Shown here: in pieces, positions 1 to 14,410 of the stretch
Layout of the letters: each line of letters begins with the position of its first letter
How positions within the stretch are numbered: position 1 is the first letter of the stretch
Program-made: the position numbers and the translations under genes
Notes under the pieces: model-generated
Databases searched by the model: none
What the model saw: the letters and a program-made list of their open reading frames with translations, nothing else
Told to the model about the DNA's origin: nothing
Source: Mobula birostris
Lineage: Eukaryota
Assembly: GCF_030028105.1 (NCBI RefSeq)
Contig: NC_092375.1
Coordinates: 80,885,130-80,949,129 of the forward strand
Reading direction: 5' to 3'
DNA length: 64,000 nt

Positions 1-490
1 TCAAGAGCCTAATGGTTGAGGGGTAGTAACCGTTCCAGAACCTGGTGGTGTGAGTCCTGAGGCTTCTGTACCACTTTCCTGATGGCAGGAGCAAGAAGCC
101 AGCATGCTCTGGGTGGTGGGTGTCCCTGATGATAGATGCTGCTTTCCTGCAACAGCATTTCATGTAGATATGCTCAATGATGGACAGAGCTTTACCCATG
201 ATGGACTAGACTATATCCACTACTTTTTGTAGGATTTTCCGTTCAAGGGCATTGGTGTTTCCATACCAGGCTGTGATGCAGCCAGTCAGTACACTCTCCA
301 CTAGAAGTTTGTTGAAGTTTTAGACGTCATGCTGAATCTCTGCAAACTTCTAAGGAAGTAGAGGTGTTGCCATGCTTTCTTCTTAATTGCACTTACATGC
401 TGAGCCCAGGACAGGTCCTCTGAAATAATAAGACCGATGAATTTAAATCTGCTCACCCTGTCCACCTTTGATCCTTCAATGAGGATCAGA
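1..490 (-). mobile_element. Rex1/Babar LINE 3' fragment
   Basis: ORF 301-510 FKFIGLIISEDLSWAQH...LYFLRSLQRF is the Rex1 RT C-terminal region. Confidence 0.75.
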
Positions 491-792
491 GGTGAAGCAT
501 TTAATAACAACTAGAGCATTTTTGCAGCCTCTCCAAACTGAGTTGCGGGCAATTCACTGCTGCAAGAGCACCAGCCAAGGACAGATACTGGTATGGCGAC
601 ATATGGTGGTGAGGGCAGGGATTCATGCCATGTTCCTGCATATTGTGGTTCCCAGTACCACAATATGCAGACTGAATGTTTGTCTTTATTAATGTTCTGC
701 AGAATTATATACTGTACCTGTGAGTGTTTTGACTAGAGACTCAAGAGTACTCTAATGAATTGGAATTCTGTGAGGTAGTGCTAAGTGGGGTG

Positions 793-1002
793 TGTTGTGC
801 ATTTAATGTTTCAGTACTATTGTAAATATATTTGATAAAGCATTCTTTGTTTACATAATTTATTACGGGTTATATGTTAAAGTACGTGAATGGCATATGT
901 CATTACGCCATCACATGATCATAAGTGCACACCTCACTAAAGTTCTCTTGGTCTCCCTGTGTTTTTCTTTTGATCAGATTTTTGGAGTTGCAAAATATAA
1001 CG
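793..1002. mobile_element. possible short solo LTR
   Basis: TGTTGTG...ATATAAC termini with GGTG-like flanks; no coding remnant. Confidence 0.3.
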
Positions 1003-2544
1003 GTGTGTATGCGTTTCACGCAATCTATAATGTCATTGGATGGTGTTGCTCACTCTGCCCTGACAAATTAAGATAGGAAAAGCATACCTAAAATTACAGG
1101 ATTATGCTTAGAGGTTTCATACACAACTAACTACTGTCTAAAGATCAGCTTAAAGCTCTGCAATGGATATGAACGGTGTTAGGCAGTTAATCAGCCGATA
1201 GAAAATGCGATTCTGTGAAAACGCCAATGATGGTGGAGATGAACATAAGTGAAAAGGGAGTGACTATATAATCAGTAGTATCTTTCAGCTGGAAGTGCTT
1301 AGTTTCTTTGTCTTAATCCAATATCACAGAAGTTTGTTTTTAGCCCATATAATTTGCTTCACTGAAACTGAAAAATGCTTGAGTACCTACTGCAGATATG
1401 CCTGTGTTTGTTGTGCAATGAAACATCTCAGCTTAGAGTTGAATATTTGGGTTACAAAATTAGTCATAATTCCAGATGAAGTTTTCCCAATAAAGCATAA
1501 ACATTGGCAAGTGTCAGTTGAAAGTGAGAAAACTTCTAGGTATATCTGGTGCACAAAAATCGAGACACATCCTATCTAAGTTATTATGACCTTCAACCAT
1601 TAGCCAAGTGTTGGTTAATATTTCCATCAATACTGCCAAGTTGCACTTGGTAACAACCTTCACATTTGCTTTCCACTTTGATTGTTCAATCAGAGTCCTC
1701 GTTACAGCACTATTCCAGACGTGAACAATGAAGCTGAATTTCAGAGGTAGAGTAAGTAGGTTAAGAAGGCAATCCAATGCTGTCTTGAAGTCATGGTCAC
1801 TTACTTGGTTCAGTTTTCATCAGCAGCTTTATCAGAAACTTTCTTCCATCACAAGGTCAGAAGTAGGGCATCTTCTTGGGTTTATACAATGTTAAACTTA
1901 CTGGCAACTCATTATATAATGAAGTGCTCTGTAAGGAAGCTTGCCACAGATTTCTGGACAGCACTGTGTTTGCAAGCTTCTGTATGCTGTCTAATTCTGT
2001 AAAAGCTTTATAAAATATGCCGTTTAACCTCAGTGCTCATTTTAGCTTGCATTGTGTACTGGTGTATCACACAGATCACAGGTGCTGATCTGAAAGTGAC
2101 TTGCAAGCGAATGTTGCCCTGGATTATAATATTATTTTCTCATATTACTGGAAAAGCTGTTGTGTAACTCATGGAATACAGGATTGGTTATTTTTAAGAT
2201 GGATTTCGGAATCCATTCTCACCTACATAACGTAACAACTCCTCACTCATCACAAGGATTTATTGTATTTTCTAACACTTCGTTTTTTAGCTTTGTGAAA
2301 TATTTATACCTCTTTTATCACATAGCCTAATGAGATCTTTGTCATCTTTCAATCTTTAGGAAGACTGGACCAAAAGAAATGTGATTGACTCTGATATGCA
2401 TGGTAATCCACTTCCAACCACTCTATCAAAGCAAAATGAAATTTGGATGTGCCACTCAGACTTTGTTACTGCAGTGGAGTAACCCAACCCAAACAATCCC
2501 GCAATATCCTCTTTGTGAGTGTTGGGTGACTTTTGCAAAAATGA

Positions 2545-3050
2545 TTCAGAATCAGAATCAGATATATTATCGCTGACATATGACCTGAAAATTGTTATTT
2601 TGCGACAGCAGCATCTATAAGTTTTAAGTAAATAATACCAAAAAAAAGGAATAATGCTGTAATGTTCAGAAATCTGATGCTGAAGGGGAAGATCTGTTCT
2701 TAAGTCATTGACTGTGTCTTCAGGGGGGTGTGGTGATGGTAATGATTAGAAGACATGCCTCAGATGCCGAGGGTCCTTAATGATGGATGCTGCCTTCTTG
2801 AACCACTGTGTCTTGAAGAGTACTTGATGGTCAGAGAGGGTTCTGCTGGCTGAATCTATAACTTTTGCAGCCTCTTTTGACCCTCTGCATTGGAGGCTTC
2901 ATACTAGGCTGTGATGCAATCAGTCTGAATGCTCTCACTTGTACATCTATAGAAATTTGCAAGTTTTTGGTGACATACCAAAACTCCTCAAACTCCTAAC
3001 AAAGTAGAGCTGCAGCCATGCCTTCTTCATGATTACATTGACATATCTCC
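2545..3050 (-). mobile_element. Rex1/Babar LINE 3' fragment
   Basis: (AATCAG)n tail at ~2548 followed by sequence homologous to 1-400. Confidence 0.7.
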
Positions 3051-3799
3051 AGGGTTAATCAAGTGAAAGTTTTGTATAATCACATAGAATTGTACCTTTT
3101 AAGTGAAGTCTCATCTACCAACAAAACAAGCCCACGAGAGGTGAAGTTTATGGTTCTACACAATCAAGCAGCATAGATCCAATTATTTCAAAATAATGAT
3201 TGTGGACACCTGAAATGCCTTGGCAACAATTCATACATGAGGATGGAACTGACCTGATTATCATTTGCCACCCTTTCTATGCTGAATAATTATTATTCCA
3301 TGCCAATCACCATCTGGAAGAAGCATCTAAGAAAGTTATTGTAGGTGAGGGACCATATAAATCACTTGATATTGGCTTGTAGATTTATTGTTGATTGTGC
3401 CAGTTGAGTGTTGGAAATTTTGGTCTGGAAAAAATAACTATCAGGAACGAGAAATCTTCCTCTCTTCTCACTAGTGCTCGTTTCATATATATTAAGTACC
3501 TGTTTGTGGGATCGGCTAACCAGTCTATGTGAAGAACAAGTCCGATTTTCCATTGAAAATACCTTTCATCACATTGTAAATGACAAATGTGCTATTAACG
3601 TGCAACTGCTGAATTCTAGGGGTAATGGTGTAACAGTCTGCAAGGTTACAGATTCTGATAGAATATAGTTTTGCTGCTGTTGATAATTCAGAGCATATCT
3701 TCACTGAGTTTTGAACTGTTCTGAAACTGTTTCCTTTAGCACTGTTATTGATACACATCATGATGGAAGGTGATGGTGTGAAAAAGGGACTTTGTTTAG

Positions 3800-6570
3800 A
3801 GTCATAGAACAAAGTGCAAAACCTCACCCTTGTCTGCATTAAATTCCATCTGCCATTCTCAGCCCATTTTTCCAGCTGTTTCAGATCCTACTGTAATCTT
3901 TGGCAGTCTTCCTTGCTGTCTTCCTCAAATGTCCACAACACGCCCAATCTTGGTGTCATCCACAAATTTGCTGATCCAGCTTAACACGTTATCATCCAGA
4001 TCATTGATTATAGATGACAAACAATAATGGACCCAGCACTGATCGCTGCAGCACACCACTAGTCACAGGCCTCCAGTCAAAGAGGCAACCATCTACAATC
4101 ACTGTCTGGGTTCTGCTGCGAAGCCAATGTCTAATCCAATTTATTACCTCATCTTGTATGCCAAATACTGAACTTTCTTGACCAATGTCCAATGCAGGAC
4201 CTTGTCAAAGACCTTGATAAAGTCCATGTAGACAACGTCCATTAAAATCATCAACTTTCCTGGTTACTTCCTTGAAAGACTCTATAAAATTGGTTAGATA
4301 CGACTTAGTATGCACAAAGCCAGGTTGACTAACCCTAATCAGTCCCTGTCTATCCAAATACTTGTATATCCAGTCCCCTAGAATACCTTCCAATAACTTT
4401 TTCACTACTGATATCAGGCTCACCGGACTCTAATTTTTTGGCTTAATTTGAGAGCCATTTTTAAACAACAGAACAACATTAGCTATCCTCTAATCCCCTG
4501 GCATCTCACAGTGGCTAAGGATATCTTAAATATCTTTGCTAGGGCCCATGCAGTTCTTGCACTAGCCTCCCACAGGGTCTGAGAGAAGACATTGTCAGGC
4601 CTTGGGGATTTACCCACCCTAATTTGACTCAAGGCATTAAATACCTCCTTTTCTGTAATCTGTATGGAGTCCATGATCTCGCCTCTGCATTGCCTCACAC
4701 CTGTAGAATTTGTGTCTATCTCCCTATTAAATATAGATGCAAAAAATCCATTTAAGAAATCCTCCGTATCTTTCGGCTCCATGCATAGATTGCCACTCTG
4801 ATCTTCCAGAGGATCAATTTTGTCCCTTCGCCTCGTTTGCTAGAGCAACCTCATGCCTTCTTAAGTATTCTGTTGTATTTCTTATACTCCTCAAGTACCT
4901 CATTTATTCCTGCCTGCTTATACCTGCTATGTACCTCCTTCTTTGTCTTAAGGTCCTCAGTAGCTCTCAAAAACCAAAGTTCCCTAGATGTTTTATCCTT
5001 GCCTTATATTTTGACAAGAACATACAACCTGTGTACTCTCAAAATTTCAGTTTTGAAAGCATCTCACTTTACCAGGAACACCTTTGCCAGAAAACATTAA
5101 TCCACACTTTCCAGATCCTTTCTGATACTATCAAAATTGGATCTTCTCTGATTTAGGATCTCAGTTAGTGGACCAGACCTACCCCTCTCCATAATTACCT
5201 TGAAACTACTGGCATTATGATCACTAGATGCAAAGTGTTCCCCAACACAAACTTCTCTCACTTGCCCCGTCTCATTCCTTAATAGAAGATCTAGTATTGC
5301 ACTCTCTCTAGTTGGGACTTTCCTGAACACATTTGACAGAACTCTTTCCCATTCAGCCCTTTTAGAGTATGGGATCCCTGTCAATATGTGGAAAGTTAAA
5401 GTCATCTATTATCACAACCTTATGTTTTTTGCAACAGTCTGTGATATCTCTACACATTTGCTCCTTTAAATCCCTCTGACTGTTGGGCGGTCTATAATAT
5501 AATCCCATTAATGTAGTCATAGCTTTCTTATTCATCAGTTCTACCCATAAAGCCTCATTAGATGAGCTCTCCAGTTTGACCTGACTGAGCACTGTTGTGC
5601 CATTTTCCCTGACTAATAATGCCACCCCTCCCCCTTTAAATACCTCCCATGCCATACCGTCTAAAACAAGGAACCCCAGAACATTGAGCTGCCACTACTG
5701 TCCCTCATTTACCTTAGATGATTGAAGAAGTTTGATATGGGCCCCCAAATCCTAAGAACTTTCTACAGGGGCACAATTGAGAGCATCCTGACTGGCTGCA
5801 TCACTGCCTGGTATGAGAACTGTACCTCCCTCAATCACAGGACTCTGCAGAGAGTGGTGTGGACAGCCCAGTGCATCTGTGGATGTGAACTTCCCACTAT
5901 TCAGGACATTTACAAAGGCAGATGCATAAAAAGGGCCCGAAGGATCATTGGGGACCCAAGTCACCCCAACCACAAACTGTTCCAGCTGCTACCATCCGGG
6001 AAATGGTACTGCAGCGTTCAAGCCAGGACCAACAGGCTCTGGGACAGCTTCTTCCAGCAGGCCATCAGACTGGTTAATTCATGCTGATACAATTGTATTT
6101 CTATGTTATATTGTCTGTCCTGTTGTACATATTATTTATTATAAGTTACTATATATTGCACATTTAGACGGGAGATGTAATGTAAGATTTTTATTCTTCA
6201 TGTATATGAAGGTTGTAGGTAATATAGTCATTTCAATTCAAGTCATGTAACCAAGTTTCACTAATTGCTACAGTGTCATAACTCCATGTGCTAATCCATG
6301 CCCTAAGCTCATTCACCTTCCCTACAGTATTCCTTACATTGAACTATCCGCAATTCAGAACATTAGACCCACCATGCTTGACCTTTTGATTCCTGACCTT
6401 GTAAGCAGGCTTAACAACATCCTTCCCTACAACCACTCCACTATCTGTTCTGGTGTGCTGGTTTCCATTCCCCTGCAACTCCAGTTTAAATCCCCTCCAC
6501 TCTGTATAGCATTAGTAAGCCTTCCCACTAGGATAATAGTTCCCCTCCAGTTCAGGTGCAACTCCTTGTT
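3800..6570 (-). mobile_element. degenerate CR1 LINE (endonuclease + RT), interrupted by a Rex1 copy at ~5707-6242
   Basis: minus-strand ORFs GGGVALLV, GLYYRPPNS, DFNFPHID, ILDLLL, SDHN, SVLGPLLFVIY. Confidence 0.85.
5707..6242 (+). mobile_element. 5'-truncated Rex1/Babar LINE nested in CR1
   Basis: ORF 5722-6087 FYRGTIESILTGCITAWY...FQLLPSG; CAATT-type tail; closely similar to 55610-56140. Confidence 0.85.
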
Positions 6571-9059
6571 TCCACAAAGGATGTGCAATGGTTATTTATA
6601 GTAAAATAATTTAAAATTGATGTGCTGCTAATTTTTTAGCCTTCAGATTGGTCTTGTTAAGGAGATAACAGTTGAATAATTTGCCTACTCGAATTGCAGT
6701 GAAGTGTTTTCATCCATGACATTTTTTTCATCTTGTACTTTTAGAAATTTGAAGAGCAAAATAAAAGTTCCGTTAAATCCTGCTATATTTAATATAACCC
6801 TCCCTCCCCCCCTCCCCATGGGATCTTTAAGGAAGGTTGCCAGTTTAGTTTTAGTTTTGCCTTTGATCACAGGCTGTTTTGTGCCATAATCTCCTGAGAA
6901 TTCAAACACGGAGTTAAACTTGTCTATCTGTTTTCTGTCAAGGACCAACTTTAAAGTTGTTTTGGATTTGTGTCAGATGACACAGTATTGCCAAAATTAA
7001 GTTTTAAAGCTTTTAAAGTAAAAGCTGGAGCTGGTTTTTGGCTTCCAAAACTGGAGAGAGGTCTGCAAACTGGTAATGTTAATGCAACTGTGTGACACAG
7101 TCACAAGCGGGAATGCTAAAATGCCTGCAGCAAGGAATCAAAAACCAGAGAAGGAATGGCGCTCCGAATGATAGCTAATAGCTTCAATTACAAAAATATC
7201 CATTCATCTGTGTTATAGATGAAAATCAAAGAATCTGGAAGCTTTTTTACTGAAGCATTACCCTCACAGTATTCCTTCTGTAACCAGTATTATTAATCTT
7301 TGTTACTTAGCCTAAGGACAGTGCATGGAGGGGGTTGGGTAATGTTTGGGGGGGGGGGAGAATCACAATTTTATTTCATTATCTCTGCACAATGTATTTT
7401 GATTATTTTAATGCCTTTTTCTATACTTTTATTCTTTAGCAAATCGAAAATAGGTAAATTCTTAGCATTGCAAATTTTACAAATTTGTTTGCAACATCAT
7501 ATATTAATTTTGACCCAAGCTTCAAATCTCTGACTACCAATTTGATTGGTTTATATTAAAATCAATGCATGCCTTTATGTAGAACACTTTGTGAATTTTG
7601 TGTTTACTGATGTATGTATTTTACTTTCCAATTCTCAAATGTAGTTAAGTCCTGAAAGTGTAAGATCTTGTACAGTTTTCAGAAGGGTGTAAGAGCTAAA
7701 GATCATATTTATACAAGGACACGAAGGATAATTTTGTGTTCTCTCTGTTCAATATGTTTCCAATTTCAGTATTTAGACTGTGGAACAATCCTGGTTCTGC
7801 TAATTTTGAGGAAGGAACTGATCTGCCATGACTAATTTCGAGGAAACAAGAAGAAATTGCTTCTGAACTGAGCAGCTTGCGAAGCTATTTTAGTGGAATG
7901 AAGGTCATATGCACACACACTTATAGGCCAAGCAATGCAAGGACAGCTGATTTCAATCCTTGAAGAATATTAGTGAACCAGATATTTTGTTTGAACTGAA
8001 TCTGGTGGTTTCATGGTCACAATTAAAGATGCCATTCTACTGTTTGTAAGTGAGATTAACATACAACACTATGGATTTGTAGAAATGGATTAGTATCCTT
8101 TATTCTCTAGCTGAGCTGCAATATTATTCTAAGAAAACGGAAAAGCGTATCCTGATTTAACATGATCTTCATTCACGCTCTTGTAAATAGCAGTTGGTGA
8201 ACATAAATTTATGATGACTCATTAAGTATAGGGGTAAACAGAATAAGAAAATATCAAAAATTAAAATGGAAAAGTTATTTTATCCCCTTGGTATTTTTAT
8301 CTTGTGCTGTGCTTCTTAACGGAACATTTTTTTATGTAGAGACCTTTAGTCTTTACACTGTACCTATAGTACTCTCATGCTTATCCGTTAAAAGCATTTG
8401 ATGGCATGGTTAGTAAGTATGCTACTTAGTATGGAACCTAGCCATACAAACCAGGGGGAAAAAACCTCTATAGGGAATTCTTTGATCTGATCCATGACAA
8501 TACTAGCAGATGTTGTAATTGTTCTCACTGTATCAGGCATACTACAGAATTAAAACCTGCCAGAATTCTCTTTCCTCCAATGATTCTTGCTGGAAGCAGT
8601 CTGAGTTGGATGAGGATATGAAACTAAATCTAAACACTCGAGTGACTTAACTGTTCTAATACCAATACGCTCAAGGTCCATGATGCTGCAATGAGTGACT
8701 GATGACTGTGTTTCCAAGTGTCATAGCTGTCCCTGCCACTGCACTGCCCTGCCCTGATGGGAGTTGACAGCCTGTGCAATTAAAGACACTCAAGTTTAAA
8801 TTAATTTTTTTTAAATCACATTGAATTATGGTTAAAATAATTAAAATCATAAATAGTGGATTAAAAAAGAACTTGGCTTTGGTTGCAATTTAATTATGGA
8901 TATTCCGCGGGCTGTGTACAATATTTCTAAATATACCTCTTTTGAATTATTCTCACTGCAATCTGCACCATGTAATTTTCCATTAAGCAATGAATTCTTA
9001 AACCAACTTAATGGTCTACAGATTTCACAATCTTATAAAGGACTGAAGCAAGTGGGTAC

Positions 9060-11778
9060 GGCACCTTTAAGCAGATGAAGGTTCATCACCATGGCTGGAA
9101 GCAAGGCAGAAGACGGAGACTCCAAGCCAGGATGAAACACAGAGTGATGAGACCCCCCCCCCCACCCCTACCCAACATCTTGTTAGCAAATGTACAGTCT
9201 CTGGAGAACAAGATTGAGTACTTGTAGACAAGATTACTGTATCGGAGGGAAATGAGTGTTGTGTTCCATGATTGAACGAGGTGTGGCTTACTTCTGCCAT
9301 GCCAGATTCAGTGATAGGACCCAAAGACTTCTTGATTCACGGATTGGACTGAACTGATTCAGAAAAGGCAAAAGGTGGAGGTGTGTGTTTCATTATAAAC
9401 TCTCGGTGGTGCTTCGATGTGGTGGTTTTGTGGAACTCATGTTCCTCTGACCTTTGACACCTAACAATCAAATGCCATCTGTTCTATTAGGGAGTTTTCC
9501 TCTATAATCCTGATCGCTATTTACATACCAACAATGGCTAATTATAATCAAGCACTGAAGAGGCAAAGGAGCTAAAGCAGAGGCTTTTACTCTAGCAGAA
9601 GCTAAAGAACAAAGCTCCAGAGATTAGGACAACAAAGAGATGGTTGCAGGAGGCAGAGGAGCGGCTACGGGATTCCTTCAAGTTGATGGAGAGGGCTGTG
9701 TTCAAAGACTCATCTTTGGATCTGAATGAATACACCAGGGTTGTCATGGACTTTATTAAAACAGTTGTAGACGAGTGTATCCCCACAAAATCATTTTTAG
9801 TCTTACCCAACCAGAAGCCCTGAATGAACTATGCGAGCCGCAGTCTGCTGAGGGCCAGATCAGAGGCATTCAAGTCTGGTGGCCAAGAAAATTACAAAAG
9901 GTCCAGGTACAATCTCTGGAAATCATTTCACAGGTGAAGTGGCAATTTCAGACTAAACGAATCAGCGAAGGATGCTCAAAAGTTGTGACAGGGCTTGAAT
10001 ACGATCATCTCTTATAAAGTTAAATCAGGTGTCATAGGTGATAACGGGGCTTCGCTTCGCTTCCAGGTGAATTCAATGCCTCACTTTGACCATCAAAACA
10101 TGGAGGAACCATCATGAACTCCCACAGCCCCCAAATGATCCTGTGATTTCAGTCTCCGAGGCAAACGTGTGAACAGCCTTCAGGAGGGTGAACCCCTGAA
10201 AAATATCCAGCCCAAATGGGCTACCTGGCCAAATACTAAAGACCTGTGCTGATCAGCTGGCTGGAGTATTCACTGAGATCTTTAAACTCTCGCTTTGGCA
10301 GTTTGAGGTACCCACCTGCTTCAAGCAGACTTCAATTATACAGGTGCCTAAGAAGAAAGTGGTAACCTCTCCTCAATAACAATAGCCCAGTTGCACTTAT
10401 GTCCACAGTGATGACTGTTTTGAGACGTTGGTGATGAAACATATCAAGTCCTGCCTGAGAAGTGACTTGGATCCATTCCAATTTGCCTACCAGAACAACA
10501 GGTGCACAGCAGATGCCACTTCATTGGCTCTTCATTCAAATCTGGAACATTTGGACAGCAAGGATGCATGTGTCAGGATGGTCCTTATTGACAAGGCTCA
10601 ACATTTAATACCATTAAACTAATCAGTAAGATTCAAGACCTTGACCTCAATACCTCTTTGTGTAATTGGATCCGTGATTTCCTCACTTGCAGAACCCAGT
10701 CAGTTCAGATTAGCAACAACATTTCCTCCATGATGCCCATCAGCACGGGTGCAACATGGTGCCCTGCTTAACTGCTTGCTATACTCGTTTTACACTTATG
10801 ACTGTGCAATGTTATGTTCAAGTTTGCTGACAACACCACTGTCGTAGGCTGAATCAAAGGTGTTGATACATTAGCATATAGGAGGGAGAATGAAAAACTG
10901 TCTGAGCGGTGCCATAACAAAACTCTTACTCAATGTCAGCAAGACCAAGGAGTTGATTATTCACTTCAGGTGGAGGAAAACAGGGGTCCATGAGCCCATC
11001 CTCATCGGAGGATCAGAGGTGAAGAGGGTCAGCTTAAATTCCTTTGTGTTGTTATTTTGGAGGACCTGTCCTGGGCCTAGCATGTAAGTGCATTTACAAA
11101 GAAAGCATGGCAGTGTCTTTAGTTCCTTAGGAATTTGTGAAGATTCAGCATGCCATCTAAAACGTTGACAAGCTTCTATAGATGTGAAGTGGAGAGTATA
11201 TTAACTGGCTGTATTACAGCCTGGTATGGAAACACCAATGCCCTATAATGGAAGATCCTACAAAAAGTAGTGGATACGTCCCAGTCCATCATGGGTAAAG
11301 TTCTCCCCACTATTGAGACAATCTACACAAAGCATTGTTGCAGGAAAGCAGCATCCATCATCAGGGACCCCCACCATCCAGGACATGCTCTCTTCTTGCT
11401 GCTGCCATCAGGAAGAAAGTACAGGAGCCTCAGGGACAGTTATTACCCCTAAACTATCAGGTTCTTGAACCAAAGGGGATAACTTCTTTCAACTTCACTT
11501 GCCCTGTCATTGAAATATTTCCACAACCTACGGACTCACTTTCAAGGACTCATCATATATGTTCTCGATATTTATTGTTTATTTATTTATTATCATTATT
11601 ATTTCTTTTTCTATTTGCACAGTTTGTTGTTTTTTGCACATTGGTTGAATGCCCAAGTTGAGCAATCTTTTATTGATTTTATTATGGATTTATTGAGTAT
11701 GCCCACAAAAAAATTAATCTTGGAGTTGTATATGGCAACTTGTATGTACTTTGATAATAAATTTACTTTGAACTTTGA
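9060..11778 (+). mobile_element. long degenerate Rex1/Babar LINE
   Basis: endonuclease and RT remnants ([30 protein letters not shown]); (ACTTTGA)2 tail. Confidence 0.85.
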
Positions 11779-12682
11779 TGCCACTCAAATGAATTAGCCT
11801 GTTATTAGATTAGTGGTTCTGAATGTGGGCTATTTGGTTCCCCAGGGTGCCATGCCGGGTTTTATAGGGGCACAAGTAAAAAATAAAAGACTGGGGTCAC
11901 AGGAGTTTCTGAATGGGCTGTGATGAATTTACTTTTTTAATGAAATAGTACTAAAATATTGTAGCATTTACTAAGTGATAAGCAGCTTGGAAAATAAATC
12001 ACTGCTGCTAAGTATGACATATTTTACCTGTCAGATATATTCAACAAACTGAATTTATTAAACAAACAGTTAGAAGGAAAAGAACTGCAGTCTGATATCA
12101 TGGCACTTTGCTTGGAAACCTCAAATTTTCCAGCAGCAATATTGGATGTCGCACACTTATGCAATTTCCTTCACTAGCCACATTTAGAATAGAATTGAAA
12201 GATGATCTGATTGTCTACCTTGATCATTTGAAACACTGATAATGGAATTTTGGTTCAGAGATCTGCTGGAGATATGCATTCCAGACTGTGTGGTGGATCC
12301 ATTTGGGGTGAATGTGAATGATGTTGGCATCACTTTACAAGAATGTCTTATTGACCTGCAGAGTGATATAACGGCTCAAGCAAAATTTCTGGGTAACTAA
12401 TAATATTCAAAATATGTTTCCATATCTCTGGGAGAAAGTAAGGTTGTTTTTAATTGGATTTCCCACCTCTTATCTAATTGAATGTGGTTTTAGTCAAGCT
12501 CTTTGCCTGCTGTTAAAACCTTGCAACCGTCTTAATGTTGTGAAAAGAGGTGATCTTTGGTTACCTTTAACCAAGTTGCAACCAGATATTCAAAAACTCG
12601 CTGGTTTGCATCAGTTGCAAGATTTTCACTAAATATCTGAAGTAACAATATTAAGCACTTTTTCACTGCTGGTTGGGAAAAC

Positions 12683-12684
<2 letters not shown>

Positions 12685-12732
<48 letters not shown>
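12685..12732 (+). repeat. (TG)24 microsatellite
   Basis: perfect TG run. Confidence 0.95.
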
Positions 12733-12736
<4 letters not shown>

Positions 12737-12948
12737 TATATCTATATATATTAGAGTATCCTATTCAGACTTTTGAAAAAGTTTTATTTTTCATATGCAC
12801 CTGTAACATATTTAATAGTAATACTTATAACCTGTTCAAATATAAATATTGACTGTGTTAGAATAATTAGTACAGTTGACCAAAGAAATTTAGCAGCTAA
12901 CAATCTATGGAGGGTGGGGGCCACAGAGGTAAATATAATTCTCAAGAG

Positions 12949-13248
12949 ACGCAAACCCCATCCTCTGGTTCCCCCCCCCCCCTTGTCTTTCTCCCTGGAC
13001 CTCCTGTCCCATGATCCTCTCATATCCCCTTTGCCAATCACCTGTCCAGCTCTTGGCTCCATCCCTCCCCCTCCTGTCTTCTCCTATCATTTTGGATCTC
13101 CCCCTCCCCCTCCCACTTTCAAATCTCTTACTAACTCTTCCTTCAGTTAGTACTGACGAAGGGTCTCAGCCTGAAATGTCGACTTTACCTCTTCCTAGAG
13201 ATGCTGCCTGGCCTGCTGCGTTCACCAGCAACTTTGATGTGTGTTGCT
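12949..13248 (+). mobile_element. Penelope-like terminal-repeat insert with hammerhead-like core, nested in hAT
   Basis: TSD AATTCTCAAGAG (12937-12948 / 13251-13262); CTGACGA-AGGGTCTCAGCCT-GAAATGTC at 13153. Confidence 0.7.
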
Positions 13249-13839
13249 ACAATTCTCAAGAGGGCCACCGTATTAGACAACCAGCTCTGGCTGGCATAAA
13301 GCTAAAAGGCCATATATTAAAATAATGTGCACCACAGGTTGTTACTGAAGGCCATAGAACTCAATGATGAGAGTGGGAGGTCAGAAGCTTGTGCATCTGA
13401 CATCCCACTCATTCCATTTAATGTGCTGCAGAGCATGGGTGTGAAATACAAAATAAAACACTGGCACATGTACTGCATGTGTGAATGTCCACTGGCCTTC
13501 AATTGCAGCTTAATGTTTCATGACTTCAAATGTGCTCAAAATTCATGAATTTTAATGGTTCAAAACAGTTACGTTTGCATATAAATTATTTGGCTCGACA
13601 TAATTCTTCTGCTTGGCTTATTTGTGTCAAAGAAACTCATAGGAAAAATAAGTAGCACAAAATATTGTTTGCCTTGTTACTAACTGCAGTTACACAATAG
13701 GAAATTAATTTTAGCTTTGAATTAAATCTTACAGGTCAGTTCATAAAAATATTAGCAAATTGAGTGAGCAAATTTTCAGAAGTAGGATGCCAGTTTAGAT
13801 CAGTGAGAGCTAGAATCATTTTTGAAGTATGGCTGACTT

Positions 13840-14410
13840 AGAGTCATAAAGTTATAGTTGCACAGCTTGTTCCATATACCCACTACCCTCTGTGTGGAGA
13901 AAATTGCCTCTCAGTTTCCTTTTAAATTTTTCCTCTCTTGCATTGAATTTATGCCTGTTAACTTTTGTCTCTCCTATCTTGGAGAAAAAGACTCTGATCA
14001 TTCACCTTATCTACTCTTGTTATGATTTTATATAACTATATGTAAAGTTACTTCTCAACTTCCTTTACTTCAAATAAAAAACTCCCGCCTCTCAAGCCTG
14101 TTCTTGCACCTCAATCCCTCTAGTCTTGGTACATCTTTGTGAATATTTTCTTCACTCTTTCCAGCTTAATACATCCTTCAGTATTTCAAGTGGTAGGTCT
14201 CACCAATGAATTGTACGGTTGTAACATAATGTCCCAATCCTGTTATGCAAAATCATTAATATAGATGACAAACAACAGTGGACTTAGCACAGACTCCTGT
14301 AGTACACCACAGGTTCCAAGCCTTCAATCTGAATAACAACTCTCCAGTACCACACTTTGATTCCTCTCACAAGCCAATTTTCTATCAGATTGGCTTTCTT
14401 ATCCTGAATT
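13840..14410 (-). mobile_element. old CR1 fragment
   Basis: homologous to other minus-strand CR1 copies (tagatgacaaacaacagtggac...). Confidence 0.6.

Larger units (their letters stand above)
11811..13270 (+). mobile_element. internally deleted hAT (Charlie/Buster-like) DNA transposon
   Basis: starts TAGTGGTTCTGAA; 8-bp TSD TATTAGAT (11803-11810) / TATTAGAC (13271-13278); ORF 12414 FPTSYLIECGFS...RNRL-like hAT dimerisation domain. Confidence 0.8.
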
